Source of the DNA: an uncultured delta proteobacterium
Lineage (GTDB): Bacteria > Desulfobacterota > Binatia > Binatales > Binataceae
Reading direction: 5' to 3'
Assembly (NCBI GenBank): GCA_963761255.1
Contig: CAVXGH010000004.1
Location: 507,204-571,203, forward strand
Length of the DNA stretch: 64,000 nt
Shown: piece after piece, positions 48,153 to 56,875 of the stretch
Position numbering within the stretch: position 1 is the first letter of the stretch
Layout: the number at the start of each line of letters is the position of its first letter
The notes under the pieces: model-generated
Told to the model about the DNA's origin: nothing
The model's database searches: none
Seen by the model: the letters and a program-made list of their open reading frames with translations, nothing else
Position numbers and translations under genes: made by a program

Positions 48153-48786
48153 ACTGAACCTCTTTGGGGATTGCTGAATCCCAGATAAGCCGCGGGTCGA
48201 AGGACTCGACCGCCAGCATCGTCAAGACGACCACGGCCGCAAAGAAGAGCAAGCCCGGGCCCGGTTCTACCGACATCAGCGGCTGCAGCTGAATGAGTGC
48301 CGCGGTGAAAGTATCGACGAAAACGTCAACCATCGACCAGCGACCGATAAACTCAACCATCCGGTAAAGCCTGATTCGCTGCGCATTGTTCTTGATCGAT
48401 CCACGCTGGGTGGTCACCAGCAGGTAGCCAAGCGCCAGGATCTTCGCGCTAGGGATCATTATGCTCGCGACCAGCACGATGATTGACAAGGGCCAGCCGG
48501 TCGGTGACCAGAGCAATACGACGCCTTGCAGGATAGTATCGGAATCGGCGCCACCGGCAGTGGTCGTGGTAAGTACGGGTAGGACGTTGGCGGGGATGTA
48601 GCAGACTGCCGCGCCGATCAGGTAAGCCCAGGTGCGTTGGATGCTGTCATGCTTGCGAAACGCCAGTTCCTCGTCGCAGCGCGGGCAGCGAGGTTCGTCA
48701 TCGCCGGCCGCTGGACGCGAGAGCAGTCCGCAAGTCTCACAACTTTGCAGACCCTGTTGCATCGCGGTCAGGGCACCGACGCTCAT
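48145..48786 (-). CDS. pqiA: PqiA-domain membrane protein (second half-size pqiA)
   Basis: CETCGLL...RCPRCDEEL zinc-ribbon-like motif followed by four TM helices. Confidence 0.8.
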   Translation of the reverse strand: MSVGALTAMQQGLQSCETCGLLSRPAAGDDEPRCPRCDEELAFRKHDSIQRTWAYLIGAAVCYIPANVLPVLTTTTAGGADSDTILQGVVLLWSPTGWPLSIIVLVASIMIPSAKILALGYLLVTTQRGSIKNNAQRIRLYRMVEFIGRWSMVDVFVDTFTAALIQLQPLMSVEPGPGLLFFAAVVVLTMLAVESFDPRLIWDSAIPKEVQYA

Positions 48787-49457
48787 AATGAGGTCTCCAC
48801 TCTCCGCTCACCAGCAGTGTTTGGGGCGGTTCGTCCCGTGGCCCATTCAATCTGATCCCATGCCAGCCGAGGATCGAAGTTCGCCTGGATGGCAGCGAGC
48901 AGGAAGACCAGCGACCAGAGCACAAACAAAGCCACCCCGGGAATTACCGTCGCATAGTCAGCGATCTTGATGAGGGCGACCAGGACGCCAAGCATCATGA
49001 CTTCGATCATGCTCCAGGTGCGCGTCGCCGGATGGTAGCGGAGCAGCGTCCCGATCCATCGCGGCGTGCGCTTGAAGTCGACCGCCAGCACGATGATCAG
49101 CATAAAGCCGATCTGCAGCGCCGGCGCGATTACCGCGGTGAAGAGAACTAATACTCCGACCAACACCTGCCCATTTTCCCATAGGTGTCGGGCGCCCCCG
49201 ATGACGGTAGTAGAGGCGTCGCGCCCTACGATGGTGAGACCTAGCATCGGAACCGAGTTGGCGATGACATAGAGGATGGCAGCCCCGATGGTCAGTGCGA
49301 GGGTTCGATTAACCGAGTCCTCTCGACGCCGCCATAGCTCCTTGTTGCAGCGCGGGCATCGTGCCGACGCGCCGGGCGCGAGGTCGGGAAGGCGCTGCAA
49401 CAGGTCGCAGTGCAGACACGCGATAATAGCGCCGTCGGCTAAAGGTTGGTTGAACAC
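48783..49457 (-). CDS. pqiA: PqiA-domain membrane protein (first half-size pqiA)
   Basis: CHCDLLQRL...RCPRCNKEL motif plus TM helices. 4-nt overlap with the next pqiA-like gene. Confidence 0.8.
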   Translation of the reverse strand: MFNQPLADGAIIACLHCDLLQRLPDLAPGASARCPRCNKELWRRREDSVNRTLALTIGAAILYVIANSVPMLGLTIVGRDASTTVIGGARHLWENGQVLVGVLVLFTAVIAPALQIGFMLIIVLAVDFKRTPRWIGTLLRYHPATRTWSMIEVMMLGVLVALIKIADYATVIPGVALFVLWSLVFLLAAIQANFDPRLAWDQIEWATGRTAPNTAGERRVETSL

Positions 49458-49536
49458 CGCCTCAAAGCACCGCCCTTAAAGCATTATCCGTGTCATAATG
49501 CACGGCCGCTGGCTCTCTCACTGCTATCACCAAGAC

Positions 49537-50118
49537 TTACGGCATCTGATCCTGGATCTCGATGTTGATGCGACGATTTTTCTCACGCCCCTCCGGGGTA
49601 TCATTCGGCGCGACCGGATGATACCTGCCGAAAGAGACGGCCGATAGCTGGTTAGCATCGATTCCTTGCTCCTCGAAGTAGCGAACCACCGAGACCGCGC
49701 GACCCGCGGCCAGATCCCAGTTGGTGGGGAAACGCTCTGAGAGCGGCCGCTCGATCGGCAGGCTATCGGTAAATCCTTGAATTACGATCTGTTTACCGGA
49801 AAGGCCCTGCAATGCCGGCAGAACCTTGGCTAATTGTTGCCGGCCCTGCTGATGAACCTCCCATCCGCCTTCTGTAAAGAGAATGGAGTTCACCATCGTA
49901 ACTTCAAGACGGTTCTGTAACTGCTTGATCTGAACCTGGTTGGCGGAAACCTCAGTCTGCAGGTTTTGGTTGAGCTGTTGATAGGTGCCATTCAGATACA
50001 GCAGCTGCTGGTTCTGTTGAGCTTCCTGGTTGTATTGCGATTGCGGAACGCATCCCGCCAGGGTCACGATCGCGGCCACTAAAATCAGATTGGTAATTCT
50101 CATTCCCTTTTCCTTCAC
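49537..50118 (-). CDS. OmpA/MotB-domain lipoprotein with Gln-rich coiled coil
   Basis: Lipobox LAGC. C-terminal IVIQGFTDSLPI...NWDLAAGRAVSVVRYF...NRRINIEI is an OmpA-like peptidoglycan-binding domain. Confidence 0.8.
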   Translation of the reverse strand: MKEKGMRITNLILVAAIVTLAGCVPQSQYNQEAQQNQQLLYLNGTYQQLNQNLQTEVSANQVQIKQLQNRLEVTMVNSILFTEGGWEVHQQGRQQLAKVLPALQGLSGKQIVIQGFTDSLPIERPLSERFPTNWDLAAGRAVSVVRYFEEQGIDANQLSAVSFGRYHPVAPNDTPEGREKNRRINIEIQDQMP

Positions 50119-51434
50119 TAAAATTTCCAGATCACGTTGACGCCGACGAAATTGAGATAGTTGGTCGAATAATGTCCTTGCAGGGTTCCGGCGAGCGGCC
50201 CCCGTCTGTTACTGAACGGTCCGGGTCCCGCATCCAGAAGCTCGGCCGCGACGCCTGCCGTCACGTCTTTATTTACCTCATATTGAATCCCGGTCCCGTA
50301 GCGGAGCTGGCGATCGATGGCGAGCACGGCGCTGCGGTTGGTCTTCGACACCGGCGAACTGTCATACGCGAATCCTGCCGACCATAGCCACTTCTCGGCA
50401 AATCGAAATTGCTGGCCGATCGCGATTGAGCAGGTGTCCGAGAAATGCAGATTAGTTTCGACGCTCCGCTGGTTAATCGCGGAGATTCCAACTGGAAACT
50501 CCCCGAAGGCCGACCAATTTTGCCATCCGACGTTACCCATCAGACTAAGGTTAGGAGTAAGCTCATACAGCGCGCTGGCCATAATTCGTTGCGGTTCGGT
50601 CAAAGGAATATTGATCTTGGTTCCGCCGATTCGGTTGCGAATCGCTTCAGTGACCGGACCTAGTCCAGTGATGTGCGGACGAAAGCCGAATTTGTAGTCC
50701 TCGGGTGACTGATAGATAAATCCGAGACGAAGTTGCTTGATCGGCGTAACGAGGAATCCGACATTACCACCGAAAGCCTCGTCCCATGATTCCAGCGAGA
50801 GGCCGCCATCCTGCACGCGCGGAAGCGCATTGTTAATCTTTGATTGAAAGCCGAGGCGGCCGACGCCAAAGCTGAAGCCTGCTCCCACTGAAAGCCATTC
50901 GTTCACCGCATACGCGATCTCGGGACTGACCTTGCTGCTGAAGATAGACTCTTGGGTCAGGTAGTAACGTCCCGCCCATTTTTTACCGAAATCGACACCA
51001 AGGCCGTAGTCTGAATAGGTGGCAATGCCGATTCGGATCTTCTCGGAAAGTTTGTAGACAAAAAAGAACGACCCGAGGGGCGTGAATACCCCGGCATTAC
51101 CACCACCACCGCCCGAGGTCGTCGTTTGCGGCGCAACGTCGAAGTTGGTCGAAGGAAGCAGCGCTCCCGCCGCGCCCATCAGTTGGGTTCGGTCGAGCTG
51201 AGTCATGCCGGCAGGATTGGAGGCCGCAGTCGAAGCATCGGCCGCCATCGCCGCGCGTCCGGCGCTTGCCGTTCCCAGATCGGGTGCGCCGGTTTCATAC
51301 AGCTCCAACGCGGCGCCCCACACCTGGTGCGCCGACAGCATGACACTCAACACGACAGCCATAGCCAGCGATACACTTACGCGAGCAGTTCGGCACGGTT
51401 GGGCTGGACTGACCGCAAGAGCCACTTTTTTCAC
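50118..51434 (-). CDS. FadL/OmpP1/TodX-family outer-membrane hydrophobic-compound channel
   Basis: Signal peptide, LELYETGAPDLGTASAGRAA N-terminal hatch motif, beta-strand periodicity, C-terminal ...VNVIWKF. Confidence 0.8.
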   Translation of the reverse strand: MKKVALAVSPAQPCRTARVSVSLAMAVVLSVMLSAHQVWGAALELYETGAPDLGTASAGRAAMAADASTAASNPAGMTQLDRTQLMGAAGALLPSTNFDVAPQTTTSGGGGGNAGVFTPLGSFFFVYKLSEKIRIGIATYSDYGLGVDFGKKWAGRYYLTQESIFSSKVSPEIAYAVNEWLSVGAGFSFGVGRLGFQSKINNALPRVQDGGLSLESWDEAFGGNVGFLVTPIKQLRLGFIYQSPEDYKFGFRPHITGLGPVTEAIRNRIGGTKINIPLTEPQRIMASALYELTPNLSLMGNVGWQNWSAFGEFPVGISAINQRSVETNLHFSDTCSIAIGQQFRFAEKWLWSAGFAYDSSPVSKTNRSAVLAIDRQLRYGTGIQYEVNKDVTAGVAAELLDAGPGPFSNRRGPLAGTLQGHYSTNYLNFVGVNVIWKF

Positions 51435-51469
51435 AATCCCTTTGACCTCATTCTGTGTTTAAACCCTGC

Positions 51470-52330
51470 TCAGCCTAAGAGGTTTCCCTTGACGAGTTTC
51501 GGAATGACAGGAGTTATCGCAAACTGGAGGTTCCATTTTTGTCCGAACCCGTCCGGGTGAACCGGCATGTATTGTCCCTGAAACTGCAGCTTTACCGGCA
51601 AAGGTCCAAGCTTGATCACTTTGCTCACATTCAGTCCGACCGGGACGGTCAGCATATTGCCGGCTTTGTTGGCGTACCAATTAACCAGGATATTCGGTGA
51701 GGTGCCGATTCCCCATCCGTCGCCCGGCAGGTAAACAAAGAAATACTGAATGTTCATCTGACTTACGGTCTGGGAGCCATTGCCGCCAACCGAGAACCAT
51801 TGTTGTGGAAAGACTCCCGCGAGCCATTTGTCGCCGAGATATCCAAGCACTCCCGCAGGTCCAAACTGCCATTTGTTCTGTCCCAGCCGCGAATTGGTCG
51901 CGGAGGGAAAAATGAAGCTTGGCCCAAGCCCCAGGAGCCATGGCCCCGCAAGCTTGGGACTGGGCGACAGCAATGTCGCGAGGATGGTATCGCCGAAGCC
52001 GGTGACCCGATGAAGATTGCCGCTCTGATTCACATAGGGCGTGGAGTTCATCACTTGAAAGACCGGCCGTGTGATCAGATTCCAGTCATCGGTGAGGGCC
52101 AGCGGCAGAACCGGTTGAAACTGCAGATTCACGAGATTACGGTCCGGTTTGTTAAGCCAATAAGTGTTTTCCTGAAGCTGGAGCGCCCAGATACTGGAGA
52201 TCGGGTTCGACAGCTCCTTGTTAACTTCATCAAGCGATTTGCTCTCCGTGTCCTGCGCGGCAACGGGGCGAGTAACCGCCAAGACAAGAATTGCGATCAG
52301 AGCAAGGAACCGCGCAAATTGAGACATCAC
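51470..52330 (-). CDS. outer-membrane beta-barrel protein (MetA-pathway/'transporter'-like family)
   Basis: Signal peptide MMSQFARFLALIAILVLAVTRPVAAQ and an alternating hydrophobic pattern (VNLQFQPVLPLALTDDWNLITRPVFQV). Confidence 0.55.
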   Translation of the reverse strand: MMSQFARFLALIAILVLAVTRPVAAQDTESKSLDEVNKELSNPISSIWALQLQENTYWLNKPDRNLVNLQFQPVLPLALTDDWNLITRPVFQVMNSTPYVNQSGNLHRVTGFGDTILATLLSPSPKLAGPWLLGLGPSFIFPSATNSRLGQNKWQFGPAGVLGYLGDKWLAGVFPQQWFSVGGNGSQTVSQMNIQYFFVYLPGDGWGIGTSPNILVNWYANKAGNMLTVPVGLNVSKVIKLGPLPVKLQFQGQYMPVHPDGFGQKWNLQFAITPVIPKLVKGNLLG

Positions 52331-52356
52331 TCCGATAGTCCTTGGTCGCGATGCCG

Positions 52357-53175
52357 CTAGGAGCCCCGCACTACGATCATCGCTTGCGTGGTCGGCAATT
52401 CGATGATCGAAGCGGCGCGCTTTTCGGTTACAAATTCGGCACAGGCTCGCGCGACGCCGGGCAGAGTCGAGTAGTCATGCGTGATGATGATGCCACCCGG
52501 CAGCATCCGCGGATAAAAATACTCCAGGCCGGCCAAAGTACTGGAGTACAAATCCGCGTCCAAATGAACGAAGCTGAAGCGTGCCGGAGGAAGGCTAGCG
52601 GCGGACTTGGGAAATTCTCCCGGGCAGAACGTCACATTGTCATACCCGCGGAGCAGGTTCTTGACCCGCGAAAGACCCGCGGCGAATTGTCCCTTCTTCA
52701 GGAAATCGGTCTCATTCGGTCCCGGATCCGGCATCCCCGCGAACGTGTCGAACAAATAGAGTGGGCGACTCTTTTTCGCTTCGCAAATAATTTGCGCCGA
52801 GCTGCCCTGAAAAACCCCAAGCTCAGCCATCGCGCCGTTAAGATCGCACTGAGCTCGAGCCGAAGAATAAAGAAAAAAGGCCTCATTCCCGGTCAGCAAC
52901 GACTCAGCGTCGCGACGGCAACGCTTTATTTTGCTTAGGGTCTCAGGATTCTTGTGGCCTCCGAGGATCAGGAGCTCCAGCCTCGCGAAGACGCCAACTG
53001 TCAGACGTCGTAGCAATTTATTGCAACCAACCATCCGCTGCGCGCGCGCATACTTCATCCAGGTACGCTGCGCCGACAATGGAACCTCCGTCCGGCGATC
53101 TGCAAATGAGATTCCGACCGCCGGACGGCGCTCGACGCCGCAAACTGTCTCTATTTGTCGCTCAGCTGATTGCAC
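52357..53175 (-). CDS. TylF/MycF-like class I SAM-dependent O-methyltransferase
   Basis: AELGVFQGSSAQII...LYLFDTFAGMP...FVHLDADLYSSTLAGLEYFYPRMLPGGIIITHDY. The true start may be the internal MKYARAQ (53058). Confidence 0.75.
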   Translation of the reverse strand: MQSAERQIETVCGVERRPAVGISFADRRTEVPLSAQRTWMKYARAQRMVGCNKLLRRLTVGVFARLELLILGGHKNPETLSKIKRCRRDAESLLTGNEAFFLYSSARAQCDLNGAMAELGVFQGSSAQIICEAKKSRPLYLFDTFAGMPDPGPNETDFLKKGQFAAGLSRVKNLLRGYDNVTFCPGEFPKSAASLPPARFSFVHLDADLYSSTLAGLEYFYPRMLPGGIIITHDYSTLPGVARACAEFVTEKRAASIIELPTTQAMIVVRGS

Positions 53176-53228
53176 TGGATCCTCAACTCACTGGACCGTC
53201 GTTGCGATGACTGTCTGAACCGTCGAGG

Positions 53229-54866
53229 CTATTGGCCGGTACCTTTGCTCGCCGCCTCTGCCTCGGCCATTCTTTTCGCCATCTCAGCTTTCAGGGCGTC
53301 GAGGTTAAAGCTCGCGCCGCGCTGCATCGGCGGGTACTCGAGGAAGGTCTGGATTTCCTTGGCCATCAACTGCTGGACGAACACGAACCGCCAGAACTGA
53401 AACTTGAACCAATCGAAATATTGTTCGGAACCTTGCTTGGTCAGATCTTCAGGCCAGCCTGTTCGTTCGAACGGATCGAGGCGCAGGTTGGTGATTACCG
53501 GCACGTCGGGATGGGTCTTTTCACCCAACCAACCGCCCGGCTGGTCAATGAAACGATACTTATAGTCATCGATGCGCACCGCACCCACCGTGCTCTCACC
53601 AAGGTAGAAGATTTCGTGACGTGTGGATGGGCCTTTGCCGGTGATGGCGGCCATCTGATTGTAACCGTCCAGATGATTCCTGTAGGTCCGGTCGCCGAAG
53701 GTCTTACCCTTGAGCAACTCCTGGGTGACGTTCGGATCGCCGGCCGCCGCGGCGAAGGTCGGAAGCCAATCCAGGCCCGAGAAGATGCCGTTCTGGACGG
53801 AGTCTGCCGGCGTGTGGCCGGGCCAGCGCAGAAGGCAAGGCACCCGGAAACCGCCCTCGAGGACCGTCCCCTTCGACTGCGCGAACGGGGTCTGACCGCC
53901 ATCGGGCCAGGTGAAGACTTCAGTACCGTTGTCGGTGGTGAACACTACGATGGTATTGTCGTCCACACTCAGGTCCTTGAGCTTCTTCATCACCAGCCCG
54001 ACGTCGTCATCGAGCTGAGCCATGCCGGCTTCCTCTTCCGACCAGCCATTCTCGGAGTTACGCATCGCTTCGTACTTCGGCGAGAGATGCGTGACGATGT
54101 GCATCCGGGTCGGATTGAGCCAGACGAAGAACGGCTTGCCATCGCTATGGGCTTTATCGATGAACTTCAGACTCAGGTCGCGGATCTCGTCATCAACTGT
54201 TTCCATCCGTTTCGGATAGAGTGGACCGGCGTCTTCGATCTTCTGCTTGCCGATCTTGCCCCAGCGCGGCATCTCGGTGGCGTCGTCCGTGTCGGTCGCC
54301 CAGCTATGAACCATGTTGCGCGGCCCGACCACATTGAGCAGGTTCTGCGGATAGTTAGGATGTGCCGGGTCTTCCATCGCATCGAGGTGATAGAGATAGC
54401 CAAAGAATTCATCGAAGCCGTGGACCGTCGGCAGAAATTCATTCCGATCGCCGAGGTGGTTCTTGCCGAACTGGCCGGTTTCATAGCCCATGGACTTAAG
54501 CACGGTGGCGATGGTGACCGCTTCTGCCGGAATACCGATCTTGGCGCCCGCTTGACCGACTGTGGTCATGCCGGTGCGGATGGGCAATTCGCCGGTGATG
54601 AAGTTCGCGCGACCCGCCGTGCAGCTAGCCTCGGCATAGTAGTCGGTAAACATCATGCCTTCTTTGGCGAGCTTGTCCAGGTTCGGCGTCCGCCCCGCCA
54701 TCATGCCGCGATGATAGGCGCCAAGATTCCACATGCCGATATCATCGGCCATGATGACGATGATGTTAGGCTTCTTTTCCTGCGCCCGCGCCGACGGGGC
54801 AACAGTCATGTTGAATAGGAGCCCCATCGCTAATGAGATCGCGAGGGCCATTTTCAAACTACGCAT
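53229..54866 (-). CDS. arylsulfatase (secreted), C-T-A-G-R variant signature
   Basis: Signal peptide, PNIIVIMADDIGMWNLG, and signature SCTAGRANFITGELPIRTG. Confidence 0.85.
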   Translation of the reverse strand: MRSLKMALAISLAMGLLFNMTVAPSARAQEKKPNIIVIMADDIGMWNLGAYHRGMMAGRTPNLDKLAKEGMMFTDYYAEASCTAGRANFITGELPIRTGMTTVGQAGAKIGIPAEAVTIATVLKSMGYETGQFGKNHLGDRNEFLPTVHGFDEFFGYLYHLDAMEDPAHPNYPQNLLNVVGPRNMVHSWATDTDDATEMPRWGKIGKQKIEDAGPLYPKRMETVDDEIRDLSLKFIDKAHSDGKPFFVWLNPTRMHIVTHLSPKYEAMRNSENGWSEEEAGMAQLDDDVGLVMKKLKDLSVDDNTIVVFTTDNGTEVFTWPDGGQTPFAQSKGTVLEGGFRVPCLLRWPGHTPADSVQNGIFSGLDWLPTFAAAAGDPNVTQELLKGKTFGDRTYRNHLDGYNQMAAITGKGPSTRHEIFYLGESTVGAVRIDDYKYRFIDQPGGWLGEKTHPDVPVITNLRLDPFERTGWPEDLTKQGSEQYFDWFKFQFWRFVFVQQLMAKEIQTFLEYPPMQRGASFNLDALKAEMAKRMAEAEAASKGTGQ

Positions 54867-54968
54867 AGTAGTGGTTCCTTGGGCGGACGTGGGATAGGTC
54901 TGGGCCGGCCCGCGCTGGCTTATCTCAAGTCTGCGGTTGATTCAGACCAATGCCGGCCCGGGACGGTC

Positions 54969-55259
54969 TTATTGAGTTTGCAACTGCTGAATGGTGATGT
55001 TGCCGTTCTTATCGGTGTGCAAACACTCGACCGGAGTTCCGGCATAGTCAGGGTTGCAGATCGGCTTGTCGATCGAGGGACACTTGTACAAGCCGGCACC
55101 GAGCATTTCGCATTTGTTGATGTTGAAACTCAACTCGGTCTTATTCAGTGATGGATCCGCTGCGGGCGCCGGGGTTGCCGCACATCCCGCCAGCGAGAGC
55201 ATAAGAGCCGCCGACACGAATCCCATAGCTATGGTGCTACGTTTTCTGAAGTTACCCAT
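54969..55259 (-). CDS. small Cys-rich lipoprotein (hypothetical)
   Basis: Lipobox LSLAGC, 96 aa, four further Cys. Confidence 0.5.
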   Translation of the reverse strand: MGNFRKRSTIAMGFVSAALMLSLAGCAATPAPAADPSLNKTELSFNINKCEMLGAGLYKCPSIDKPICNPDYAGTPVECLHTDKNGNITIQQLQTQ

Positions 55260-55332
55260 GGTTTTCCTCTCTCCTTAGTTAGCGGTCCGGTTATCGGACC
55301 ACGTTTATCCTTTGCTGGTCGATTCCGTACTG

Positions 55333-56097
55333 TCAGTTTGATGCGACTGCGCCGTTATGTTGAACACCCAAAGTCACCAGGCGCTCATCGAGTCCCTTGG
55401 CCCAGTAGTTGATGGCGTTTTCAGCGTCGCCCCACTGGAAGACGTCGACGTTCGTGATCGAAGTGCCTCCGACCCGTTTGTCCGCCCATGCGGCGAGCAA
55501 CTGTCCGGATACCGAATCCGTGAGTTTGGCTTCACCCTGGGCCGACCCGACGAAGGCGTAGGTGCCGGTGCCGGCCATCTTGATGGCGCTCAGCACGCGG
55601 GCCTGCGGAACGACCACCGAAATGCTGCGTAAACCGGGAACCGCCGCGGTGGCGTCAGTCAGCGCGATGGAAAGCTTCGCGACCCCGGGGCCGGGCTGAT
55701 CGACGATGGTGAAATTCTTACTGAAGTCCGTGGTGAAGGTATTGAATGCGTAGTTGCACAGATTCTGCTGGTCGGCGGCGGATACTTTCGAATCATCGGC
55801 AGCCCAGAAAGTGACCGGGGCGATCATGATCTTGTTGTAGGAAGTAAAGTTCGCGCTCATGTCGGTATAGGCCAGCATCGCCTTCTGCCCGGATCCCTCA
55901 GCGGGAGGCTTGAGCAATGAGTAATCGCTACCGAGGAATCCGGTCGGCGGCGGGGGTGCCACGGTCTCGCCCTGCGCGCGCTGGATAATGGTTGGTTCGG
56001 GCGCCGCGGTTTGGGAGCACCCCGCGAGCATCGATGCGAGCAGCGTTGCCGACGCCGCGCCGGCAAGAATTTTCCGTAGGTTCATTCGGCGAATCAT
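55333..56097 (-). CDS. DUF3313-like lipoprotein
   Basis: GGAGA RBS before MIRRMNLRK, lipobox MLAGC, and FLGSDYSLLKP...YNKIMIAPVTFW typical of DUF3313. The tracked ORF start (56316) is probably too long. Confidence 0.65.
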   Translation of the reverse strand: MIRRMNLRKILAGAASATLLASMLAGCSQTAAPEPTIIQRAQGETVAPPPPTGFLGSDYSLLKPPAEGSGQKAMLAYTDMSANFTSYNKIMIAPVTFWAADDSKVSAADQQNLCNYAFNTFTTDFSKNFTIVDQPGPGVAKLSIALTDATAAVPGLRSISVVVPQARVLSAIKMAGTGTYAFVGSAQGEAKLTDSVSGQLLAAWADKRVGGTSITNVDVFQWGDAENAINYWAKGLDERLVTLGVQHNGAVASN

Positions 56098-56237
56098 GGT
56101 CATCTCCAAGTCGTTCCAATGTTGATGGATTTCCTTCGATCCCGTCACATTTCGGTCAATCGAGGGCGATGGTGATGGTTTTTGGAGCGGAAGAATATGG
56201 GACGTTAGTCCCATGCCGTCGATGGGACCTTGGTACA

Positions 56238-56693
56238 ATGGCCGCGCGGTTGCTTCGCAGGGCATATTGGGTCGAAGGCATACGGGGGTCGGCACCTCGG
56301 GGACCATCGTTGGCAAGCAGTCAGAAGACTACAGTGATAGTGATCGACGACGACATTTCCATTCGTCGCGCGTTGAAAACTCAGTTGGAGATTCTGGGAT
56401 TCGAAGTACTCGCACTCGCGAGTGCGGAAGATTTGCCCGCCCTCGAAACTCTCGATCGCGCGACCTGCGTGCTATCCGATGTGTATCTGCCCGGGATGAG
56501 CGGCATCGAACTCTGTCAGCATTTGGCCAATGCAGGTTCGCAGGTGCCCACGATCCTGATGACCGGCCGCGATGACCAAAACACCCGACGCCGGATGCGA
56601 GAAGCCAAGCCGATCGCGTGCCTTTTCAAACCCTTCGATGAAACCGCCCTGTTGCGGGCGATTCGAAAGGCCACTGCCCCGCGGCCGAAATAA
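56238..56693 (+). CDS. stand-alone response regulator receiver protein
   Basis: VIVIDDDISIRRAL...VLSDVYLPGMSGIEL...ILMTGRDD...CLFKPF contains the CheY-like D-D-K residues. The start is uncertain (ATG 56238 or TTG 56311). Confidence 0.75.
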   Translation: MAARLLRRAYWVEGIRGSAPRGPSLASSQKTTVIVIDDDISIRRALKTQLEILGFEVLALASAEDLPALETLDRATCVLSDVYLPGMSGIELCQHLANAGSQVPTILMTGRDDQNTRRRMREAKPIACLFKPFDETALLRAIRKATAPRPK

Positions 56694-56875
56694 TCCACGC
56701 TAGCAGACGCCCGATTCCCGAGCGCAAAATTCGGTGACCGAGGCGACCAAATTTCCGCATTTGGCCTGATCAATTCGGCTGGCTTTTCTGTTATAAAGAT
56801 GACGCAAAACCACCAATGAAGAGCATTGTGACTTCCTGAGATAATCACGTTCCCGCGTGGTCCGCGTGCCTAATT

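Noticed and set aside
53232-54818. 528-aa plus-strand ORF, one of several very long ORFs lying antisense to strong genes. The others are 10090-11100, 6642-7388, 8930-9682, 3053-3883, 35748-36389 and 62142-62807.
   Set aside because: Each lies fully inside, and antisense to, a gene with clear family motifs (sulfatase, transposase, SDR, DsbA-like, MopB, GT fusion, glmS). The products are Arg/Gly/His-rich and low-complexity, as expected for shadow ORFs in high-GC DNA.
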